Origin: Balamuthia mandrillaris
Lineage: Eukaryota
Direction: 5' to 3'
Length of the DNA stretch: 64,000 nucleotides
Assembly (NCBI GenBank): GCA_031835245.2
Contig: JAVKOQ020000005.1
Location: 372,001 to 436,000, forward strand
Positions within the stretch are counted from its first letter, which is position 1; each line of letters starts with the position of its first letter. Of the stretch, positions 37,033 to 47,223 are shown in pieces. The position numbers and the translations under genes were made by a program. Under the pieces are notes generated by a model. That model ran no database searches and was not told the origin of the DNA. It saw nothing but the letters and a program-made list of their open reading frames with translations.

Positions 37033-38760
37033 TTATACAATGTCGCTGCTAGTGGCAGGAGCAGCGGTGGATGTTGAAGGAGAAGAGGTTATTGAGGAGG
37101 AGAATGAGAACGGAGAAGGAGAAGGAGGAGGTTGATCGATGCAGCGTTTACAAAATGGACAGGACTTGTTGGTGGCGAGCCACCGATCCACGCAGGCGGC
37201 GTGAAAGTGGTGCCGACATGGAAGGAAACGAACGTTCTCTCCCGTTTCGTAGTCGGAAAGACAAATCGCACAACTATATATAGGTTGCATTACAAGCATG
37301 AGGAGAACAACGGATAAGAAAGGAATTGAGGTGAAGAAACGAGAAGAAAGAGAAGGATTTCAAAATGGGAATGAAAGATAGAGATAAAGGAGAAGGAGAA
37401 GAAAAGGAGATTAAAAGCAAAGAACGAACCTGCGATGCTCCTCATCCAACCCCAAGCTCTCAGAAAACGGTTCAGAGCGAAGGCTCTGTATCATCGACTC
37501 GTCCGCCCCGCTGGGAGCTGGCGGCTGCATGTTGAGAATGGCAGCTCCAAACACGAACCGTAGAAAGGAGAGACATCCTACGGCGCAGCTTACCATCATC
37601 ATCAGAGTGAAGAGGATGACCTGCATTACATTCACTGCAAAACACGTCTTGAGCAGATGTGGAATAGTATCTTCCTGTAATAAGGAGTTTGGCGAGGTGT
37701 TAAAGGAGAGAAGACAGAAAAAAAAAGGCTGGAGAAAGAGCGAAGGCGCTACGGGGTGACAATACAAAAGAGAGAAGACAAGCAGAACGAGAGGAGGAAC
37801 AAGACACGTACGCATTCATCCAGAGCAGAGAAGGTCCAAACCATGCCCGCGATGAACCATCCCGACCACAAGGAGTGGACCAGTCTGGCCAAGGACTTGA
37901 CCCGCCATAGCCGTTTAAACCTGTTGCAGAGCATGACATAGAGAGTACACGATGAGCAAAGCAACGAGCTAAAGAGGCAAGAATGAGAAGAGCGGAGCAG
38001 GGTATTCATACGCTGTCCCGGCAGCAGGTCCAGACGTCGCGGAAGGAAACAAGAGCAGGACCAACGCGTCCCCCAGCAACACGAGAGCCTGTATAACGAT
38101 CTGCACTATAGCCCATTGATGGAGCGGCTGCTCGCAGCGGCCATGCCAATCCATCGCCAACGTGGCTATCAACGCAATCGTCACTGGCACGGAATAGACT
38201 ATCATCGCCCACGCTGACTTTCTTGAGGAGAGAGGAGAGAGTAGGAGAACTGAGCGGAGAGAAAGGAGAGAAAGGGTACAACGAGAGCAGAGAAGCGGAG
38301 GAGAAAGCAAAAGAGCGAGTGCTGCGTACTTCCAGTAGCCAAGAATGGCGGCTTGCCGAATGGCAGGGTCCGAGTAGTCATACGGATATGGTTGTGCTGC
38401 TGCTGCTTGACCTCCTCCTCCCTCTCCCGCTGCGCCTGCTCCTCCTCCTGCTGCCTGAAAGTTCTGCCCATCGTTGGTTCCTAACAGGTTCCTTCTTTCC
38501 TCCTCTTCTCCTCCTCCTTCCTCCTCCTCCTCCTCCGAGTGGGTGTTGATGTGATGAGCTGCTCCTCCCTCGTTCCCTGGATCCAGCATGGAAGAAAAGG
38601 AAGGTTGCACGCCGTGCTCCAGGTCTGTGGCGTGCAACCGATCCAGCAAAGAGCTCAACAAAGCTTGGCGCTGAACCTCTTCGTTCTCTTCCTCGTCCTC
38701 TTCTTCTTCTCCTCCTCCTGCTTCGTTGGTGCTGGCTGCTCTCCCTCTCCCTTCTTCCAT
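37033..38760 (-). CDS. Transmembrane RING-H2 E3 ubiquitin ligase
   Basis: Several TM helices ([16 protein letters not shown]), then GA..SMIQSL and CAICLSDY...[16 protein letters not shown]...CPFC. Confidence 0.9.
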
Positions 38761-39187
38761 CTTCTCCTCCTTCTCTTTACCAGATTAAATGTCGACATTT
38801 TTTGTAGACGGTCCGGTGGAAAAGAAACGGCAACGGACAAGAGGCAGCAAAAAACGTCCTTGCGCTTCCCAGCCGTTTTCAGCGGGAGGAAATCTGTCTC
38901 GACAAGGACTACCCTCAAACCGAATCATCGCGCGCTGGTCTGACATGATCATTCCAGAGGTAATCTACGAAAATATTTCAAACCACCAACCAAAAATCAA
39001 AATTGAATCATTATGGAAGATGCTCTATGGATGGAAGAGACCCCATGCGTTACCTCAAGAAAGGGAGCAAACCCCTGCTCCAGCAACTATCACACAAACT
39101 TTCTCGCAGTATGGCGGATAGCCGGAGTTTTCCTCCCTTTCTTGCTACAGGGTACCGGCCACACTGCAAGAGAGGGTGATAACAGGC

Positions 39188-39306
39188 GGATACGGCCATA
39201 CTGCGGAGAAAGCACCGCTTCCCGTCCGATCAGCGAAGTTAAGCTCCGCCAGGCGATGTTAGTACTGGGGTGGGTGACCACCCGGGAATCCATCGTGCTG
39301 CATCCT
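39188..39306 (+). rRNA. 5S rRNA, copy 3 (T>C at 39301)
   Basis: One substitution relative to copies 1 and 2, followed by a T-run. Confidence 0.93.
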
Positions 39307-39770
39307 CTTTTGTTTTTGCTGTTAAAAAAAGGTTCCTCTTCTTCTCAATGGAGCAACGACGCTTTTTGTTTTCCCCTCCATTTTTTTGTTCCTTCTTTCT
39401 TTCTCTTTTTGGGTGTGTCCTCCCTCTGAAACTTTTGTATTAGTCGTTTTTTTTTTCTTTCTGTACCCGCCACCCTCACGACCTTGGTTTCTTCCTTCCG
39501 CTTTGCTTCCCAAAAGAAGAAACTCTTTTTTTTTGTGGGTTCCTTGTATTATTCATCGCCAACTTAAAGAGGTTTAAGCCTCTTTGTCCTCCCCTTCCAT
39601 TTTACCTCTCTCCTCTTTCCCCTTCGTTCTCGCCTCTTACTTGGATCAGAAATCTTTGGGGGGCGTTGCTTGCTTGAATGTGCATCACTTGAAAAGATAG
39701 TGAAGGAGAGAACAAGAGAGAGAGAGAGAGAGAGAGAGAAAACAGAATGTCGCTTCAACTCCAAACCAAC

Positions 39771-42700
39771 CTATGTAGTATTGACAGCAGAAGGAGCCTG
39801 GCTGAGCAACCGATCCACTATGGCGGGCAGGACCACGCTGGGATCAAGGAAAGGCGGTCTCGGATGACCCATTCCTTGTAACCAGCCGCAATCCTCGGCG
39901 CCCTGCCTCAAAAGCGCGTTACGCCAAACAGGCGGTATTCCCTTGGCGGCCCCTTGTAACGCTCCTATCATGCCTCCCACGATGCAGGCTGTGGTGTCGG
40001 TGTCCCCGCCACATGAAATGGTCTTGTGTGAAAGTAAACACTTAGCGCTGGGAATAGAAAAGCAAAAACGCTTGAGCTGAAGATACGGACCTCTTTGATA
40101 GCGTCATAGTAGCTTGAGCCCCGCCACAAATGGCTAAACGCATGAATAAAGGCAACTCCAACAGCACCGGCTGGCATCCCAAAGTATGTCTTTTGCTCTT
40201 CTTCTTTTCCGTCTTCATCTTTTCCTTCTTCGTTGTAGGCAACTTGCAGCTCTTTCGCTCGTTTTAACCACTCGCTTACGTTCTCACTTGCGTTTTCCAA
40301 TGCCCACTTTTCAGCTTTCAGGAAGGCTGCTTTGTGTCTTTCTTCTTCTTGTTGTTCGTTGTTTTCGTTGGCAGTTGATATCAAATAAGCAATGGCGATA
40401 ATGTAAGCAGTGGCAGCATCGATACAGTCGCGATGTCTATGCGAGAGCTCGTGGTCAAGTTTGCATAAGGAGTGGAGTTCTTGCTCAGTGAGGCGATGTC
40501 CCCATATACCCACTGGGCTTATCCGCATGAGTCCTGTTCGAAACAATAAACCAAGGGTCAATCCATGTAAACGAAAGAAAAGAAGGAAAGTAACAAAAGA
40601 AGGAACATTACCTCCATTTGATGTAACAGGAACATTGGAAAACGTCGCTTTTCGCATAGCAGCCGCGAAGCCTTCTTTCTCCGCAACTTTCTTTCCTTCT
40701 CTCATCTTTAGGCGTTTGTTTAATACCGCTGGTTTCAACAAAATAACAAGGATGGAAACAAAAAGTAATACAAACCTTGATACAACCAATGGTCTTCCTG
40801 GTTATATTGCCAACGTCAAACGGCTTCGATTGAATCCAATCCGCATACCGTGCTGCTATCTTCTCTGCATCTAGTTTACACTCTGTAACGTCTTCATTCT
40901 CGTTGCTCTTCTTCGCTGCCATGTCCACTAGTCCTTGTGCTAAACAAAGGGTCAACTCCCCATCGTCAGTGATTTGAGCAGGGGCCACATGATGAATGCC
41001 ACCACCAGGCAGCAACAAAGCTCTTTCCACGTCTTCTTGTTCCATCTTTCTTCCCTCGTATGCGTCGAAGCCTTCCAAAACAGCTCCGATGGCATCCCCG
41101 CACAAAGCGCCCAAGATACAGCCAACAGAGGCATCATGAATGCTCTCTGGAAAGCGTTGTTGGTGTTGTTGGTTGTGTCGGAGCCAGTCGGTGAGCTCTT
41201 GAGAGATTCGCTGTTGTCGCCTTTCCATGTGTGCTTTGTATTTGATCATCTATTTGTATAAGGAAGTGACTGAGATGACTAAGACAAGGAGGAAGAAGAA
41301 GAGGAGGAACTACGAGTACTAGAAGAAAGAGAAAAGCAACGTACCTCAACATAAAGCGTGGCAGTGGTGTCCAGTATTTCACGAACCTCCACTTTGCCTC
41401 CTCTTCCACAAAAGTTATTCATTCTTTTCATTAATGGTTCCAAGCCATCATCATCGCTACTAAACGTCTGTTGAGAAAAACAAAGGGTGTTGTTAGATAA
41501 ACAAAAGATGCGCAAAGGCTAAAGACAAGAGGCGAACTAAGTACATAAGGCTCTTTGGCATATTCCACAGAAAAAGACTTGCCGTTCTCAAACGCAAACC
41601 AAACGGTTCTAGTTTGTGAGTTGATATCTTTAACAACCAACCCAGCTCTCTCATTTTCACGAGAGGAACAATACTCGCGCGCCTCTTCTTTAAAACGTCC
41701 ATCAATGTTCCTGTATCTCAAAGCCAGCATCAATGAGGATCTTCCTTCTGCTTCTCCTCCCTTTTCTTTTTGTCTAATGGTAGAAGGAGGGGGAAGGGTT
41801 GGAGGAGGTGGAGGTTCCACAGAAGAAGATGAAGGAGCATTCTTGACTTCTCCCTTGTTTTCTCCTTCTTCTTCCTCTCGTTTGAGAGTTTGTTCCGGGA
41901 GTAGGCCAAAAACAAGACTGGTGATGCGTCTCACTTGTTCGAACTGGACAGGAGTTTGAGGGGAGAGGCTGCTTCGGTTCGTTATGAGCCTTGAGTTATG
42001 GTACTTGCCTGTCCTACTCAGCGCCTCCTCGCTTCCAACCTGATATAGGTTTGCTAGAACAAAGAGAAGATAGAAGAATGTGTTGGGCTTTGGTGGGACA
42101 AACAGAGCGAGAGAAGCACAGAAGATACCTATGAGCAATGCGATGATTGTCCCTGTTCGACCATGTCCTCCTTTATGGTTTTTTGTAAAGATTAAAAAAA
42201 AAATGGTGAGCAACTAAAACTCCAACGAGTAGGAAAGAAACAACAAGAACAGACAGGAAAGAAAGAACGAAACCACAAGAAAGGAAGAACCAGCAAAACA
42301 AAACAAAGCAAAAGACCCACCCCAACAATGAACATAAACCGGCACGTTACGTTCCTCCTTTATCAGCCGGCTGAGCCTCTCCACCAACTGGACCACCTCC
42401 TCGTCCTCCCCCACAGCGCCGTCCTGGATGGGAAAGTGGAGGAAGGAGACGGAGGGGTTGGCCGCTTTGGCGATTGGCTGGTAGTCACGAAAGGAACCAA
42501 GTTCTTTGGCCGTCTGCAGGCAGACAAACGTTTGTACTCCCGCTGTTATTATTTTTTTTTTGTGTTTTTTTCAAGATTAAAGAGACTTCCAAACAGAAAT
42601 AAAGAAACAAGAGGAAAGACAAGGCTAACAGGAGAGACCAAATCGAACAATACTGATAAGAATGGTATACCCGTTTTAACGAGCGTGTGGACCACCTCGG

Positions 42701-42827
42701 TGTGCTGCGGCTCTTTGCGGTCGCCAGGATAAGCGCCGGCCAGCAGTCGGCCCGGAATGACCCAATTGGAGCGAGGGGTCGGTCCGCGCAGATGTGGCCC
42801 CACCGAAGGCAACCGCGGGAGGCTCAT
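39771..42827 (-). CDS. Fusion: CX5R protein phosphatase + unassigned middle domain + ADP-ribosylglycohydrolase
   Basis: NWVIPGRLLAGAYP, VHCWGGHGRTG (split by an intron), PQTPVQ, then GALCGDAIG, QITDDGE, NGGLMRISP and GGDTDTTACIVGG. The linking introns are phase 0 and in frame. Confidence 0.88.
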
Positions 42828-42949
42828 TTGTCTCTCTCCTCTTCTCTCTCCTCCTTCTCTTTTCGAAACCAGGCACTGGCGTACTAGTCCACCCCCTCAA
42901 TAGTGCATAGTGTTATGTTAAAAATATTTTTCTTGGAAGAAAAAAGAAG

Positions 42950-43059
42950 CGGCCGAAATGCAGCCGCGAGGAATGGCTTCCTCGCGGCGCTAACCGAGTC
43001 GGAGACAGCTACATGAACACTCGCTCCCCCTCCGCATCAAAGGGGAACCACTCCGGCCG
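42950..43059 (-). ncRNA. Unassigned structured RNA candidate (110 nt)
   Basis: 11-bp terminal stem, two strong internal hairpins, G-U pairs favouring the minus strand, and T6 four nt downstream. Confidence 0.55.
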
Positions 43060-43271
43060 GGCACGAAATGCTCAAGAAATGTTGTGGACGTTTGCCTGTC
43101 CGGTAAGTCCCAACACGCACAAGATGTTTGTTTGGAAAATAAACACCACGGGTTGCCATTTTGTTTCACCCTTGCCAGTTACGTAGGGAGGGAAAAAAGC
43201 AGAGAGTAGAGAAGAGGCGAGGAGAGGGGGAAACCATTCCTTGATGTTCGGGGGAGTGTAGCTTCTTTCTT

Positions 43272-45543
43272 TCATCGTAGCTCCGCAAGCGAGAACAAGC
43301 GCCAAATGGAGAGAAAGATGGAGACAACGAACCGAAGAGAGAGCCAAAGGGCCATGAGCAGACCGTACTGAAAGGCCGCCCTGTAACAGAACACCATCCA
43401 ACCAATGAGTATCACAGGAAAGGAGATCGTGATGCCGACTGTGCCAATGATAACCATCAGCAAGTGAAGGAAGAACAGGCCGATTATGATTGGTATTTTG
43501 TCCTTTAAGTTCGGCAGAAAGAAGAACCAAGAGTGAGAAAGACGAGACACGTGCAAAAAAAAAAGTGAAAGAAAGAAGGAAAGCAGCAGAGGAAAGATGT
43601 AATGCAAAAAGGAAGAAGACGAGAAATAAACGAAGAGATGAATGAAATAAACGTACAAGACCCAAGTAATTAGACTTGCGGAGCTCTAGAACGATGCAAG
43701 AAGGCACGCCAGTCAAAACGCCCAACACAGCAGCCAGCAAGATCATCACAAACACGAAGGGAGCAACCGCCATGGCAGCCGCTCCTTGAATGCAGTGCAG
43801 GAAAGCCACCCACCATCCTCCCTGTTGTCTTTCTCTGCATCTCCGTTCCGCCACTCGATTGTCCAATGTCTCCATCTCAGCTTTTTGCAAAGGGTCATTG
43901 GAAGGGAAGAGAGAGAATCTTTCTTGTGCTTCTGCGTCCTCGTCTTCTTGCTGTTCAAGCTGTGGTGGAATGTCGATCGCGATATCTTTGGCCAATTGTT
44001 CGGCCTGGAAAGAGCCATTGTTTCTTGCTTTGGCAGACTCTATGATCAAGGCCAATAGTTGGGCTGGCTGAGCGATCCGCTTCTTGTTGTTACTATGTTC
44101 TTCCATCACTTCACTCAGCAAACTGTCATCTTCCATTTGGTTTTCCTCCCCTTCTTGGCTTTCTTCGTTGCTGTCATCGTAGCAAGCGACTTCAAGGCAA
44201 CCTTCGCACCAAGGAATAGAGGCCATAACTTCTTCAATCTCCTGCTTCAAATCATCGTGTTCGTCCTTTGATGATACCTCGTCTGTATTGTTTTGATGGT
44301 TCTTTGAGCCTTGGTACCCTGCTACCGTTTCCCTTGTTTGTCTTTCTTTCGACTGTAATAAAGGTGTGGAATCTTCATCCTCTTCTTCCACTTCCTCCTC
44401 CTCTTCTTCTTCGTCTTGACTTGGGTTTAACCCATTGCTTTCGACTTGCTTCTGCTCTTTGTCTCGGTTCCGCAGCAAGTGAGCTTTTCTAAAGAGCAGG
44501 AGAGAACGGCTCTCACTTTCGAGTTCGGGTTTATCCTCCTTCAACCTGACTAAGAAGCAGCCAGAACGATGCAACAGGACGCGCTGTCAAGAAGAGCGAA
44601 GAAGGCAGTATTGCATGAAGAATGAAGTCCAAAGTGAGAAGAGAGAATGAAGAAAGAGTAAAGAAAAGCACAGAGTTACCATAGAAGAACTGTCGGCTGA
44701 GTGTCGCTTCACCCATTGTAACTCTTCACGTGGGCCTATTGTCTTTATTGCACTAGTTGTGGCTGGAGCATTCGTTGCAGTTGCTGACGATGCGATGGTC
44801 CAATTACTATTTGCAGAAGTAGTAGGAGTAGAAGAAGAAGAAGAACAAGGAGAGGACGAAGAATGAAAGAGAAATAGACAACTACAAAGTTGTTGGCTGG
44901 TGATAGAGTAGGATGGTCGAATGGCGGTGAAGTTGACTCTGTAGATGAGGTCCTTGTAGGCGACGTACCGCCATATCGCAACTTCTTGGATGCGAAGACC
45001 ATCTGTTTTGCTTCTGGCAAACACATAACTCATCGAAGAAAAAGCAGAAGAAGAGGATGAAAATATTGCGCTTCCTTTAGATACGGTACACAGTTAGCAT
45101 GAACGAACAAGAAGAAGGGGCAGAAGGAACAAACAAAAAAGAACAAGAACAAAAAGAGGAAAGGTGTATAACGGCAACACATACGAGGAAGATCCAACAA
45201 CGAGCGAGCGAGAATTATTCTGTAGCGCTCTGCTGCTTTGGCAAATATCGCCACCTTTACGGAATCGTGTCAAACCAAAGCAGAAGAGAAAAGAAGAAGA
45301 AGAAGAAGAAGAAGAAGAAGAAGAAGAAGAAGAAGAAGAAGAAGAACAAGAAGAACAAGAAGAAGAAGAAGAAGAAGAACAAGAAGAAGAAGAAGAAGAA
45401 GAAGAAGAAGAAGAAGAAGAAGAAGAACAAGAAGAAGAACAAGAAGAACAAGAAGAAGAACGAAGAAGAAGAAGACAAGAAGGAACGAAAAGAACAAGAA
45501 CAAGAAGAAGAAGAACAAGAAGAAGAAGAAGAAGAAGAAGAAG

Positions 45544-45593
<50 letters not shown>

Positions 45594-46187
45594 ACAACAA
45601 CAACAACAAAAACAACAACAAAAACAACAACAACAACAACAACAACAAAAACAAAACAACAACAACAACAACAACAACAACAGGAGAAGAAGAAGAAGAA
45701 GAAGAACAACAACAAGCAAGTATACCTCCAAGTTGCGTCCAAACCGCGGGCGCGAAGTGACCAACGTGCGCAGCGACTGTCTCACAAACCGGACTTCCTT
45801 GTGCCGCCTCCTCTCCGTCATCATCCGCCCTCCTCCACCTCCTCCCTTTCGCTCCCCATCGCCCCTGCTTTGTCGCTCCCTCTTCCTCCTCTTCTCGCGA
45901 TAGAGCCGCAAGTCCAACGAGAGCACGTCCCTTTGGCGCTCCACCGCCGCCACCACGGACCACCAGAGCTCAGGGGAGGTATCGATGAGGCCGTGCCAGC
46001 GGGAGCACACCAGGCTGCACCGGGCGAGCGTGGAGATGGAGCCGGCCAGCCAGCAAAAGAAGTGCTCCAACAGCTCGTTGGGCAGCACCTCCATCCAAGA
46101 AAAAGAGGAGGGCTGAGCTTCCTCCGCCGCGCCAACAACGGGGAAATAACGTTTCAGTGGCGGTGGTAGTGGTGGTCGCTGCTGCAT
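43272..46187 (-). CDS. F-box protein with acidic middle region and C-terminal TM helices
   Basis: LPNELLEHFFCWL...LARCSLVCSRW F-box. Spliced exons continue to hydrophobic helices ending SLAELR*. The exon joins are less certain. Confidence 0.7.
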
Positions 46188-46283
46188 TTTATTTTTTGTT
46201 TTTTTCACACCCCTCCTCCTCCCCCCTTTTGTTGTTGTTGCTCTTGTTCAGATGGAGAGGAAGAGGTGAAGAGTGAGGACAGA

Positions 46284-46322
<39 letters not shown>

Positions 46323-46631
46323 AGAGAAAAGGAGAAGCACCTACGGTGCACCAAGACAGCAGAGGAGGAGACAGAGCGAAAGGCCATCCAATTAATTAGA
46401 GACAACCTGGAGGGGATCGGGGGTTGAACCGCAGCACGCTTTGCGAGGATCTGCACGGTCGACAAAAATAGGAACACCAAGGGTTCACTGCCGTAACTGG
46501 AACCAGCGTGGGCCAGTTAGCTCGATTTTGTCTACACTCGGTCCCGTACACCCCGTACACCCTCTTTTACAATGCAAGATACCATACTGCGGTCGGATAC
46601 GGCCATACTGCAAGAGAGGGTGGTAACGGGC

Positions 46632-46750
46632 GGATACGGCCATACTGCGGAGAGAGCACCGCTTCCCGTCCGATCAGCGAAGTTAAGCTCCGCCAGGCAA
46701 TGTTAGTACTGGGGTGGGTGACCACCCGGGAATCCATCGTGCTGTATCCT
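46632..46750 (+). rRNA. 5S rRNA, copy 4 (two substitutions)
   Basis: GAGAGAGC and GGCAATG replace GAGAAAGC and GGCGATG of the other copies. A T-run follows. Confidence 0.9.
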
Positions 46751-47223
46751 CCTCCCTTTTATTTTTGTTGTTTTTGTGTCTTTTTTTAACTTGGCTGGCC
46801 CTCGGGAATCCATCGTGCTGTATCCTCCTTTTTTGTTTTTGTTGACTCCTTCCTTTCCTTTCGACCTTCTCTCTCAGAAACGAGACAAGTGAGAGGAAGA
46901 GGAGAGAGAGAATCTAGAGTGCGGTATGTATCCATCGTTTCTCCATTACTAAAAATTCATTTTCCTTTACTTTTTTTTTCAAGTTTTTCCCTTTCGCTTT
47001 CCGCCGTTGTTCCTGTCCTCACGCGTTGTTTACAACGGACTACCTTTGACTCTCTCTCTCTCTCTCTCTCTCTCTCACAGAAGAGCAACAACCGATAGAA
47101 AGAAAGAAAATATGTTATTGTTACAACAAAAAAATAAAATAAAATACGAACTCAAAACAACTACAAAAAAGAGTTAAACTCTCCACCAAAACAAAAAAAA
47201 CAAAAACTGATCATCTTTCGTAC

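Noticed and set aside
42950..43059. Superficial tRNA-Sec resemblance (long acceptor-like stem, TTCA, GTAGCTGTC)
   Set aside because: There is no anticodon stem around TCA and no T arm, so it is kept only as an unassigned RNA.
43095..43112. ACTTACC on the minus strand, resembling the U1 snRNA 5' end
   Set aside because: No U1-70K loop, U1A loop or appropriately placed Sm site and stem-loop IV follow.
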